From Candidatus Hodarchaeota archaeon (lineage in GTDB: Archaea; Asgardarchaeota; Lokiarchaeia; Sigyniarchaeales; SOKP01): a DNA stretch of 34,699 nucleotides. A program made the position numbers and the translations under genes. Within the stretch, counting starts at the first letter, position 1, and every line of letters begins with the position of its first letter. Positions 8,987 to 17,905 of the stretch are shown here, in pieces. The stretch covers positions 1-34,699 of the forward strand of contig JBHLKM010000026.1 in NCBI GenBank assembly GCA_048886685.1, read 5' to 3'. Below the pieces are notes generated by a model, which searched no databases, was not told where the DNA came from, and was given only the letters and a program-made list of their open reading frames with translations.

Positions 8987-9433
8987 TTATTGCAAATTCT
9001 CTCTTATAGATGTAGAACTAATTTTCTTTTTGTTTTTATCTTTAATTATTGGAATCACAATAAGAATGAGCGGTTTTAATCCCATTTCTTCTCTGTTATT
9101 ATTTAGCTTTAAAGCATTTTCATATGTTTCTTGACTTACTATTAATCCCTCATATTCAGGATCTTGAGCATATTTATTCATATCATCCCAATTTTTAATT
9201 TCAACAATGTTAATCCGATTAATATTTGCAAAAGTACTAATATATTCTTTTAAATTTGCTTCTCTTGTGTTATAATCTTCCAATTTTGAAGCAAACTGCT
9301 TGTTCTCTAATAATTTCTGAGTAGTTAATCCAATCTCGATAAATTCAGATATAGATAGAGCAATTTTTAATAAAAATTTATGACCCTCGTGAAGATGATC
9401 GAAAGTCCCCCCTAATCCAACTTTCTTAAGAAT
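8987..9433 (-). CDS. coaD: Phosphopantetheine adenylyltransferase (archaeal/eukaryotic-type PPAT), probable ATT start
   Basis: Extending the supplied 98-aa ORF upstream gives (M)LKKVGLGGTFDHLHEGHKFLL (GGTFDxxHxGH), plus IVSQET, N..R...GLKPL and KISSTSIR. There is an in-frame TAA at 9446-9448 and no ATG/GTG/TTG between it and the HxGH motif. ATT at 9433 follows the SD AAGGTGA. Confidence 0.88.
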   Translation of the reverse strand: MLKKVGLGGTFDHLHEGHKFLLKIALSISEFIEIGLTTQKLLENKQFASKLEDYNTREANLKEYISTFANINRINIVEIKNWDDMNKYAQDPEYEGLIVSQETYENALKLNNNREEMGLKPLILIVIPIIKDKNKKKISSTSIRENLQ

Positions 9434-9465
9434 TAGAGAATCACCTTATCCTTTTTGTTAAATCT

Positions 9466-9906
9466 TTATAATTTTTCCTTAGACTTCTGGATTTGTCTAG
9501 GCTCTTCTGGAGTTTTGCTAGATTCAGTGGGTTTTTTCAATCTAACAGAATAAATTTGTTTGATCTCCATCATATCATCGCATTTACTACATTTATCAAT
9601 TTTTTGAAAAACAAAATCTCCTTTCTCATAATTTCTAACTTTTGTGAGTCCACAAAGATTGCAAATCAATATAGTTAGCGTTTGTCTTATAGGTTCTGAT
9701 GGTCTTTTCTGCATTTGTATCAATGTTGCACCCAAACATATTAGCATAAAACCCATCGTCCACCCTGAAACCGCGTCAGGAAGAATCCCGGTATAAATAA
9801 AAAGTGCCCCTAAAATAATTAAAAATATAGCAAGCAAATTCTTTAGGATGCTTTTAAAAGTAATTCCTTTTTTTAATATTTCTTCGTCGTCTTCTTCTTC
9901 TATCAT
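9466..9906 (-). CDS. Uncharacterised two-TM membrane protein with C-terminal Zn-ribbon
   Basis: Two hydrophobic helices followed by CNLC...GDFVF...CSKC...IY and a charged tail. Confidence 0.75.
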   Translation of the reverse strand: MIEEEDDEEILKKGITFKSILKNLLAIFLIILGALFIYTGILPDAVSGWTMGFMLICLGATLIQMQKRPSEPIRQTLTILICNLCGLTKVRNYEKGDFVFQKIDKCSKCDDMMEIKQIYSVRLKKPTESSKTPEEPRQIQKSKEKL

Positions 9907-10026
9907 ATAAAATGTTCTTATATCTCTTTTTCTATGCTTTATAATCGAAAAGAATAAATAAATTTTGTTATTATAAAACCTTAATAGATAAAAGTATTCA
10001 ATTTTAAGATAAGGTATCTAACAAAA

Positions 10027-11169
10027 ATGTTTAGTATTTTTCAACTTGGTGCTGATGGTGCAGATCCGGTAAGTTTAATTATCCAGCTTTTATGGTTTAT
10101 TCTTATTTTTGTGAGCATTTTTTATGGACAGAAAATTCAAGGTTGGAAAGCTTCTAAAGAAATACAAGCAGGTTTAGAAAAGTTAAAAAAATGGAATGAT
10201 GAATGTAAGGAAATCTTAATGAGTAATTTTAAAGAATTTGCTGATAAAAAGAAAACTCAAAAAGATTTAATGCTTCAACTTGAAGATTTCATAACTTTTG
10301 TTACAATTCCTCCAGTTTCACTAGACCCATATGGTATTATACCAAAATTCGATCATGTTGTTGATGTTAGGGATTACCGATTTAAAGAAGAAGTTGAGTT
10401 ATTAGCACCTCAAGCTAGTAGTATTCAAAGATCTAATTTAGAAAATTTGTTGGAAGTTACAATGGCTATTGATTTGATATATAGGCTTATAAGACATTAT
10501 CTTATACTTGGTAAAAAATCGAAATCAATGATATTATTACTGCAAATCTCAATGCAATTAGGTTTAATTTTGAGTATGGCAAAAGCATATTATCATGCGG
10601 CAAAAGCTTTTTCAGAAGGCAGTCCCATTGGAGATGCTCTTGGCCCTTTAGTAACAGCTAGCTTCGTAAGGGATGTCTCGGATGAAGAAGTGGTAGCAAA
10701 AGAAATTGTTAGAGATACTATTGTACAAGAAGTGGATTTTGAAGATCGTAAGGTTTTTGTTGTACGAGCAAAAGGACCTGGTGGTACCGTAGGAAAACCA
10801 GGAAAAGCAATTAAGATGCTGATTGATGAGCATGGTGATGAGATTTCTCGAATTATAATGATTGATGCGGGATTAAAATTAACAGGAGATAAAACAGGTT
10901 CAATAGCTGTAGGCGTTGGAGCAGCCATTGGAGGAATTGGTATTGAAAAATATTTCATAGAAGAATCTTCTACAGGAAAATCAATTCCAATTGATGCTCT
11001 TATTTGTAAACAATCTTTAGAGGATGCGATTACTACGATGAAAAGACCCATAACCCAAAGTGTGCCAAAATTTATTGAAAAAATAAAGATGGCTCTAAGG
11101 AAAAGAACAGAAAAAGGTTCTAAAGTTATTATTGCAGGAATTGGAAACACAATTGGAATAGGTATTTAA
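10027..11169 (+). CDS. DUF1512-like membrane-anchored protein
   Basis: N-terminal TM helix and motifs PVSLDPYGII, PIGDALGPLV, RAKGPGGTVGKPG, IIMIDAGLKL, GVGAAIGGIG and the terminal GIGNTIGI. Family assignment is from recall of archaeal DUF1512. SD AAGGTA upstream. Confidence 0.8.
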   Translation: MFSIFQLGADGADPVSLIIQLLWFILIFVSIFYGQKIQGWKASKEIQAGLEKLKKWNDECKEILMSNFKEFADKKKTQKDLMLQLEDFITFVTIPPVSLDPYGIIPKFDHVVDVRDYRFKEEVELLAPQASSIQRSNLENLLEVTMAIDLIYRLIRHYLILGKKSKSMILLLQISMQLGLILSMAKAYYHAAKAFSEGSPIGDALGPLVTASFVRDVSDEEVVAKEIVRDTIVQEVDFEDRKVFVVRAKGPGGTVGKPGKAIKMLIDEHGDEISRIIMIDAGLKLTGDKTGSIAVGVGAAIGGIGIEKYFIEESSTGKSIPIDALICKQSLEDAITTMKRPITQSVPKFIEKIKMALRKRTEKGSKVIIAGIGNTIGIGI

Positions 11170-11376
11170 GCAGTCTACTTTTTATTTCGCTTTTTTTCTT
11201 ATTCCCTTACATTTTAAAAACTCAACTACTTAAATCTTAATAGATTTTTATAATCTCTTAAATAAGAAAATAGTAATTGTTTTATAATTGAGGGAATAAG
11301 ATTAATTAATTTATTTTTTAATAAAATGAACTTAATGTCTAAAATTAGTTATACTAAAATTTGAGGTGTAAAGAAA

Positions 11377-13248
11377 ATTTACGGATATATGGGTAAAATT
11401 ATAAGAGTTGATTTATCTAGTGGACAAATTACTGAAGAATTTCCTGATGAAAACACATTAAAAATGTATTTAGGCGGATCAGGCTTAGCTACAAAATACT
11501 TAATTGATGAAACACCAAAAGGAATTGATCCGTTAGGACCAGAAAATAAACTAATTTTTATGACTGGTCCATTAACAGGAACTCCATCACCTAGTACAGG
11601 AAGATATAGTGTAGTTGCAAAATCACCGCTTACAGGAGTCTGGGGGGAAGCGAATTCAGCGGGTTTTTGGGGTCGAGACCTAAAAAGATCTGGCTTTGAT
11701 GGGGTAATTTTTGAAGGAATTTCTCCCAAACCGGTATATCTTGTCACTGAAGATGGAAAAGCAGAACTCAGAGATGCATCACAGCTCTGGGGCAAAAATA
11801 CTTCAGAAACAACAAGGATTATAAGAGAAGAATTGGGTGAAAAATTCAATGTAGCTTGCATTGGTATCGGAGGAGAAAATTTAGTAAAATATGCTGCTGT
11901 TATGAATGACTGTGATAAACCCAATTACGGACGAGCTGCTGGAAGATGTGGAATGGGCACAGTTATGGGTTCTAAGAAAGTCAAAGCTATAGCATCTAAA
12001 GGTGATGCTAAGATTGAAGTTGCAAATCCAGAGGAATATAAGATAGAAGCTAAACAGAGGTATGATTGGGTAAACCAGAGTATGCTGAAAATGACCCTTG
12101 AAGTGTTTGGAACTGCCACAATGGTGGATTTAGTAAACATTAAGGGTGGCTTGCCTACAAATAATTGGCAGACCGGGGTATTTCCCGCTGCTGATAAAAT
12201 TAATGGTACGGCAATAAACGAAACAATTCTCACAGGACGCAAGCCATGTTTTGCTTGTCCAATAGCATGTGGACGATTGGCTGAAATTAAGGAGGGTAAG
12301 TATAAAAGTACAGGTGAGGGCCCTGAATATGAATCGATTGGAGCACTTGGGACGATGTGCGGAGTTGATAACTTGGAAGCAATTACCTTAGCACATTTTC
12401 TTTGTAATGAATATGGTCTTGATGTAATTTCTGCAGGTAATACGATTGGATTTGCAATGGAATGTTATGAGAAAGGTATTATAACCAACGAAGACACAGG
12501 TGGTTTAGAATTCAATTTCGGTAATGCTGATTTGGTAGTTGATATTATTTCTAAAATAGGTAAAAGAGAAGGAATTGGAGATCTACTTGCTGAAGGAACA
12601 AGGAAAATGGCAGAAAAATTGGGTAAGGATTCTCATAAATTCGCTATGCATGTTAAAGGCTTAGAACTTCCTGCTTATGATAGTCGAGCTGCTAAAATTA
12701 CAGGATTAGCTTATGCTACAGCAAATAGAGGTGGATGTCATATAACGGGTTATATTGAAGGACCAGCATTCTTATCAATGCCATTTATGATTGTAGAAGA
12801 TGCCACAGTTGGAGATGTTCTAACTGAAAATCCAGAAGATACTAAGGTTGTTAAAGATTTCGAAGATGCATTTGGTTTATTTGATGCTATTGGTGGTTGT
12901 AAATTTATGGGTATGGTTTTAACTTCAGAGGATTGGGCAGCACTTATTCAAAAATTATTAGGCTATGAATTTACCAAACAGGATTTTACAAAAATGGGTG
13001 AGAGGTTATATAATCTAGCCAGAGTTTATAATGTAAGAGAAGGAGTTACAAGAGCTGATGACACTCTTCCACCACGCATGTTAGAGGACCCTATGCCCGA
13101 GGGACCGGCTCAGGGAGAAACTGTAAATTTAGATCCTTTATTAGATGCATATTATGAATATCGTGGGTGGGATAAAGAGACGGGGAAACCTACTAAGGAG
13201 AAACTAAAAGAATTAGGGTTGGAATGGGCTATTAAAGAAATATATTAA
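11377..13248 (+). CDS. aor: Tungsten-containing aldehyde:ferredoxin oxidoreductase family protein (probable ATT start at 11377; first ATG at 11389)
   Basis: Motifs GPLTGT, KSPLTG, GRCGMGTVMGSKKVKAI, CFACPIACG (4Fe-4S), GPEYE, GLDVIS, RGGCH and YYEYRGWD. The family-typical N-terminus MYGYxGKI is obtained only from ATT 11377, 8 nt after the SD GAGGTG. Confidence 0.93.
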   Translation: MYGYMGKIIRVDLSSGQITEEFPDENTLKMYLGGSGLATKYLIDETPKGIDPLGPENKLIFMTGPLTGTPSPSTGRYSVVAKSPLTGVWGEANSAGFWGRDLKRSGFDGVIFEGISPKPVYLVTEDGKAELRDASQLWGKNTSETTRIIREELGEKFNVACIGIGGENLVKYAAVMNDCDKPNYGRAAGRCGMGTVMGSKKVKAIASKGDAKIEVANPEEYKIEAKQRYDWVNQSMLKMTLEVFGTATMVDLVNIKGGLPTNNWQTGVFPAADKINGTAINETILTGRKPCFACPIACGRLAEIKEGKYKSTGEGPEYESIGALGTMCGVDNLEAITLAHFLCNEYGLDVISAGNTIGFAMECYEKGIITNEDTGGLEFNFGNADLVVDIISKIGKREGIGDLLAEGTRKMAEKLGKDSHKFAMHVKGLELPAYDSRAAKITGLAYATANRGGCHITGYIEGPAFLSMPFMIVEDATVGDVLTENPEDTKVVKDFEDAFGLFDAIGGCKFMGMVLTSEDWAALIQKLLGYEFTKQDFTKMGERLYNLARVYNVREGVTRADDTLPPRMLEDPMPEGPAQGETVNLDPLLDAYYEYRGWDKETGKPTKEKLKELGLEWAIKEIY

Positions 13249-13287
13249 GTTATATTACCAAAATTCTATTAAAAAAAGGTGAAATTG

Positions 13288-15000
13288 ATGGGTGAAGAAA
13301 AGAAATTAACCTATGCCGATAAACCATGGCTAAAATCTTATGTTGTAGGTCCCTTTAAACTCAAGCATACTATGGAACCATATCCTAAGATAAATGTCTA
13401 CAAGTATCTTGAAGATAGCGCTAATACTTATCCAGATAATATTGCATGTGTTTATTTAGATGATGAAATTACTTATAAAGATTTAAAATTAAAAGTTGAT
13501 AAATTAGCAAACGCTTTTATTGATTTGGGTTTAAAAAAGGGAGATACCGTAGCGTCTGTCCTTCCCTCATGTCCTGAGTTCATCTTAATAGATTATGCTG
13601 CTATGAAAATGGGTGCAATACACGTACCATTAAGCATTTTGCATAAAACCGATGATTTAGTTCACGAATTTAAAGAAAGTAGTGCTAAAACGGTACTTTG
13701 TTCTTACAGGCGTCTTGAACGTATAAAAGAAACCAAAAATGAAGTCGAAATTGATACAGTTATATATACTCCAACAAGATTATTTCCTGATTATGAACTC
13801 CCTGAAATAAAAGAGATACAAGAAAAGGGATATTATTCTTTGGATTATTTATTAGAGAAATATGATCCACTCGAAAAAGCAATTGAAATAGATCCTATGG
13901 AAGATATAGCACTTTTACCATTTACTGGTGGAACAACTGGACTTCCAAAGGGGACAATGCTAACTCATTATAACATTACATCGAATATAATTCAATTAAT
14001 GCATTGGATGCTTGATCCCCTAAAAGTGGGAATTCTGGGAAAAGCAGCTATAGTAATTGGTGTTCCTATTTTTCATGCTTATGGACATTTCGTAATACAT
14101 TCATGTATTTCGATGGGATTAAAAATGTTATTAATGGATCCAAGAGATATGGTGAGGATTGTTGATGTTATAAAAAAGAATCGACCTTTTATGGTTACAG
14201 GTGTTCCTGCTCATTATATGAGGTTCCTTAATTTAGATATTCCTAAAGCACCAATATTTTACCTATCTGGAGCTGCACCAATGCCGCCTGATCTTGCTGA
14301 GCAATTTGAACAAAAAACTGGTGTTCCTATGGGTGAGGGGTATGGTGCGACAGAAACAGTAGCAGTTTCAACAGTAAATATTTCACCACTTTCAAAGGTT
14401 ACAGGTTTTATGGCTTCGAAAAAAGAAGGTATTGGTGTACCAGTACCAGATACGGAGGTAAAAATTGTTGATCCAGAAACAAGGGAGGAAATACCTTTTG
14501 GTGAGTCAGGTGAAATATGGATCCGTGGTCCCCAGGTAATGAAAGGTTATTGGCCAACCCCTGGTAATGGTTTAACTGAAGATGGATGGCTCCGTATGGG
14601 TGATATAGGCAGAATGGATGAAGATGGGTATTTTTATATTGAAGATCGCATCAAAGATATGATTAATGTATCAGGAAATAAGGTCTATTCAAGGGTAATT
14701 GATGATATTCTTCATGAACATCCTGCAGTAAGTGTAGCGGGTGTAATAGGAATACCTGATCCAGAAAGACCAGGCAGTGAAAGAGTTAAAGCGTTTATAA
14801 CCCTCAATAAGGAAAACGAAGGAAAAGTTAGTGAACAAGACATTATTGACTTTTTAAAAGATAAAGTTAAACCTTATGCTGTGCCTAAGTATGTAGAATT
14901 TAGAAAAGATCTGCCATTAACATTAGCAATGAAACTTTTTAAACGACAACTTAGAACTGAAGAAATTGCTAAAATGAAAGAAAGGGGAGAAATTAAATAG
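13288..15000 (+). CDS. Long-chain fatty acid--CoA ligase (AMP-forming, ANL superfamily)
   Basis: Motifs FTGGTTGLPKG (P-loop), EGYGATE, GEIWIRGPQVMKGYW, GDIG.MDEDG and DRIKDMI. Start placed at ATG 13288, 6 nt after the GGTG of the SD. Confidence 0.9.
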   Translation: MGEEKKLTYADKPWLKSYVVGPFKLKHTMEPYPKINVYKYLEDSANTYPDNIACVYLDDEITYKDLKLKVDKLANAFIDLGLKKGDTVASVLPSCPEFILIDYAAMKMGAIHVPLSILHKTDDLVHEFKESSAKTVLCSYRRLERIKETKNEVEIDTVIYTPTRLFPDYELPEIKEIQEKGYYSLDYLLEKYDPLEKAIEIDPMEDIALLPFTGGTTGLPKGTMLTHYNITSNIIQLMHWMLDPLKVGILGKAAIVIGVPIFHAYGHFVIHSCISMGLKMLLMDPRDMVRIVDVIKKNRPFMVTGVPAHYMRFLNLDIPKAPIFYLSGAAPMPPDLAEQFEQKTGVPMGEGYGATETVAVSTVNISPLSKVTGFMASKKEGIGVPVPDTEVKIVDPETREEIPFGESGEIWIRGPQVMKGYWPTPGNGLTEDGWLRMGDIGRMDEDGYFYIEDRIKDMINVSGNKVYSRVIDDILHEHPAVSVAGVIGIPDPERPGSERVKAFITLNKENEGKVSEQDIIDFLKDKVKPYAVPKYVEFRKDLPLTLAMKLFKRQLRTEEIAKMKERGEIK

Positions 15001-15010
15001 AAATTTTAAA

Positions 15011-15036
15011 TTTCTTTTCTTTATTTTTTTTTTTTT
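15011..15036 (+). terminator. Oligo-T terminator after aor-acyl-CoA ligase
   Basis: T-rich tract including a T13 run (15024-15036) just after the stop. Archaeal termination favours U-tracts. Confidence 0.5.
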
Positions 15037-15049
15037 GAGTAAAAACTAG

Positions 15050-15060
15050 AATATTTATAA
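15050..15060 (+). promoter_or_regulatory. Putative TATA box of SCP2 copy 1 (same element at 16516-16526 for copy 2)
   Basis: AATATTTATAA preceded by a purine-rich stretch and conserved in both repeat copies. Confidence 0.45.
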
Positions 15061-15139
15061 GACTTATTACTAAATACACTATACAAAGATATAAAATCTT
15101 TAAAAATAAAGCGAAATAAAATTATTGTAAGTGATAATA

Positions 15140-15562
15140 ATGCTATTTTTTACTCCAGAATGGGCAAAAGCCTATTGTAAAGCGCTTAATGAAAACGAAA
15201 ATTATAAGGATGCTGCTGGACCTAATGGGTTTCCACCTGATGGATGGGAAGGTGATTTTCTCTTTATCGTCGAGCCTGCAGGTAATTTAGATCATGAAAT
15301 TCGGATGTTCATAGGTCTTTATCATGGTACTTGTACAGGAGCAAGAGTACTAGCTGAGGGAGAAGAAGTGGAGACAGAATATGAATATGCCGGGCCTTAT
15401 GATGCATGGGTAGCGATTCTAAATAAAGAATTAGACCCTATTCGTGCATTACTTGCAGGAAAAATGAGATTAAAAGGAGATATGGCTAAAGTTTTAAAAG
15501 CCACCAGAGCGGCACAAGAACTTGTTGTGTCTGCAACGATGGTCGATACAGAATTCTATTAA
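15140..15562 (+). CDS. SCP2 (sterol carrier protein-2 fold) lipid-binding protein, copy 1
   Basis: Motifs F.TPEW..AY...LN, WEGDFLF, GPYDAW, ELDPIRALLAGKMRLKGDM. Start at ATG 15140 because the GTG at 15131 belongs to the SD-like AAGTGA. Confidence 0.85.
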   Translation: MLFFTPEWAKAYCKALNENENYKDAAGPNGFPPDGWEGDFLFIVEPAGNLDHEIRMFIGLYHGTCTGARVLAEGEEVETEYEYAGPYDAWVAILNKELDPIRALLAGKMRLKGDMAKVLKATRAAQELVVSATMVDTEFY

Positions 15563-15628
15563 AAAAATATATATTTTTACTATTTTTTTTCTTTTTAAAT
15601 CAATCCTAATTATTGTTTTAAGCCAAAG

Positions 15629-16434
15629 ATGGACATCAATACTAATTTATCGAATTAACCAAAAAACAAGTGTATTTTTTTGATTTGGATGGGACAGTTT
15701 ATCCAGGAAATAATCTTTTTGAAGGAGTTCTTGAATTACTTGAAGTATTAAGAAGAAATAAGAAAGACTTTTACTTTCTTTCAAATAATTCAAGTAAATC
15801 AACCGAAGATTACCTCAAAAAACTAAATAAATTTAACCTAAACATAACACGAAACAATCTTATTTTATCTCAACATCCTACAATAGAATATCTTAAAAAA
15901 AAAAACTTTAAAAAAATATTTTTATTAGGAACTCAATCTCTTAAGAATGAATTTAAGAAAGAGGGATTTGAATTAACTGAGGATGACCCTGAAATATTAG
16001 TTCTAGCATTTGATCAAGAATTAACTTATCAACGTTTAGTAAAGGCTGCTTATTTACTTCAGAACGAGGATTTTCCATATATTGCTACACATCTAGATAA
16101 TAGATGCCCTACAGAGAATGGATATATCCCTGATGTAGGAGGTATTGCAACACTTTTATACAAAACTACAGAAAGAATGCCAAAAGTTTTTGGGAAACCA
16201 AACAAAGAAATGCTTCTATTTAAGTCAAATCAGTTAGAAATATCACCTAAAGATGCTGTAATATTTGGAGATCGCCTTTATACAGATATTAAGATGGGAA
16301 AAAATGCAGGTATTACAGCCTATTGTGTATTATCAGGAGAAGCAACCTTAGATATGATAAAAGAAAGTGAAGATAAACCCGATTTCATAATAAATGGAAT
16401 TTGGGAGTTATTAGATAAATTTAAAAAAACTTAA
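15629..16434 (+). pseudogene. HAD-IIA (NagD-like) phosphatase copy 1, 5' frameshifted (or translated in shortened form from GTG 15670)
   Basis: Motifs FDLDGT, LSNNSS, GKP and GDRLYTDI. ATG 15629 (equivalent to the copy-2 ATG 17096) is out of frame and stops after 9 codons; the HAD frame has TAA at 15643-15645. Confidence 0.55.
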
Positions 16435-16605
16435 TCAACTTTTAATAATTCATCTTTTTTGCTTTTAGTAAGATTTTATTCCCTATCTAATTCATTTTTT
16501 TTTAGCAAAAACTAGAATATTTATAAGACTTATTACTAAATACAATATACAAATATATAACCTCTTTAAAAATAAAGCGAAATAAAATTATTTTAAGTGA
16601 TAATA

Positions 16606-17028
16606 ATGAAATTTGGAACTCCAGAATGGGCAAAAGCCTATTGTAAAGCGCTTAATGAAAACGAAAATTATAAGGATGCTGCTGGACCTAATGGGTTTCC
16701 ACCTGATGGATGGGAAGGGGATTTTCTCTTTATCGTCGAGCCTGCAGGTAATTTAGATCATGAAATTCGGATGTTCGTAGGTCTTTATCATGGTGATTGT
16801 ACAGGAGCAAGAGTACTAGCTGAGGGAGAAGAAGTGGAAACAGAATATGTGTATTCAGGTCCCTATGATGCATGGGTTCAAGTCTTAAAAAAGGAATTAG
16901 ATCCAATACGTGGCTTACTTGCAGGCAAGTTCAAACTACAAGGTGATATGGCTAAAGTTTTAAGGGCTACAAGAGCAGCACAAGAACTTGTCGTTTCCAC
17001 AACTACAATTGATACTGAATTTTATTAA
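16606..17028 (+). CDS. SCP2-fold lipid-binding protein, copy 2
   Basis: Paralog of 15140-15562, reading MKFGTPEW...ELDPIRGLLAGKFKLQGDM. Confidence 0.85.
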   Translation: MKFGTPEWAKAYCKALNENENYKDAAGPNGFPPDGWEGDFLFIVEPAGNLDHEIRMFVGLYHGDCTGARVLAEGEEVETEYVYSGPYDAWVQVLKKELDPIRGLLAGKFKLQGDMAKVLRATRAAQELVVSTTTIDTEFY

Positions 17029-17095
17029 ATTTGAAGAAACTTTATTTACTTTTTTTTCCTTTTTATTGTATCTAAACCATTTTTTGAAATGTAAG

Positions 17096-17905
17096 ATGCC
17101 CTTTAACGATAGGAATATTCTTAAACTAACAAAAAAACGTGTTTATTTCTTTGATTTAGATGGTACTATCTACTTAGGAAATAATTTGTTTAAAGGAGTT
17201 ACTGAATTAATTAAGGTATTGAGAAATAAGCAAATACATTTTTATTTTCTTTCAAATAATTCAAGTTTGTCAACATCAGATTATCTCAAAAAACTAAATA
17301 AATTTAATCTAAATATAACGAACGAAAATCTCATTTTATCTCAACATCCAACTGTAGATTATCTTAAAAAAAATAATTATAGAAAAATCTTTTTATTAGG
17401 TACAAAGTCACTTAAAGAAGAATTTGAATATGAAGGGTTTGAATTGACTGAACAAAATCCTCAAATAATTGTTCTCGCTTTTGATAAAGAATTTACTTAT
17501 GAACGGTTAGCAAAAGCAACTCAATTTCTTCTAAAAAAAGATTTTCCCTATGTTGCTACTCATCTTGATAATAGATGTCCAACTGAAAATGGTTACATTC
17601 CAGATGCGGGAGGTATTGCAGCTCTATTATTTAAAGCAGTAGAAAGGATGCCACGAGTTTTTGGGAAACCAAATAAAGAAATGCTTCTATTTAAACTAAA
17701 CCAATTAGGAATATCCCCCAGAGATGCAATTCTTTTCGGTGATCGTCTTTATACAGATATTAAAATGGGAAAAAATGCAGGTATTACAACCTGTTGTGTA
17801 TTATCAGGAGAAACAACCTTAGATATGATAAAAGAAAGTGAAGATAAACCCGATTTCATAATAAATGGAATTTGGGAGTTATTAGATGAATTTAAAAAAA
17901 CTTAA
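17096..17905 (+). CDS. HAD-IIA (NagD-like) phosphatase copy 2, intact (269 aa)
   Basis: Motif I FFDLDGT, motif II SNNSS, motif III GKP, motif IV GDRLYTD, then SGET. Start at ATG 17096. Confidence 0.9.
   Translation: MPFNDRNILKLTKKRVYFFDLDGTIYLGNNLFKGVTELIKVLRNKQIHFYFLSNNSSLSTSDYLKKLNKFNLNITNENLILSQHPTVDYLKKNNYRKIFLLGTKSLKEEFEYEGFELTEQNPQIIVLAFDKEFTYERLAKATQFLLKKDFPYVATHLDNRCPTENGYIPDAGGIAALLFKAVERMPRVFGKPNKEMLLFKLNQLGISPRDAILFGDRLYTDIKMGKNAGITTCCVLSGETTLDMIKESEDKPDFIINGIWELLDEFKKT

Larger units (their letters stand above)
15041..16492 (+). repeat. Tandem duplication unit 1 (promoter + SCP2 + HAD phosphatase + 3' tract)
   Basis: AAAAACTAGAATATTTATAAGACTTATTACTAAATACA at 15041 recurs at 16507, and TTTTTTGCTTTTAGTAAGATTTTATTCCCTATCTAATT ending 16492 recurs ending 17963. 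Confidence 0.92.

Noticed and set aside
9281-9283. TTG 9283 as coaD start (98-aa product)
   Set aside because: It would delete the GGTFDxxHxGH nucleotide-binding motif.
11296-11314. AT-only palindrome upstream of aor (and a similar one near 25611-25626) as a transcription-factor site
   Set aside because: Near-pure A/T palindromes are common in these intergenic regions, and the two share no specific consensus.
10593-12242. Long antisense ORFs (10593-11150, 11379-11924, 11925-12242)
   Set aside because: They lie wholly opposite well-conserved genes and have Ser/Pro/Ile/Phe-rich composition with no motifs, typical of shadow ORFs caused by codon bias.
16988-17095. 36-aa N-terminal extension of HAD copy 2 from TTG 16988
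   Set aside because: It overlaps the SCP2 end and runs through a T-rich terminator-like tract; ATG 17096 is the better start.
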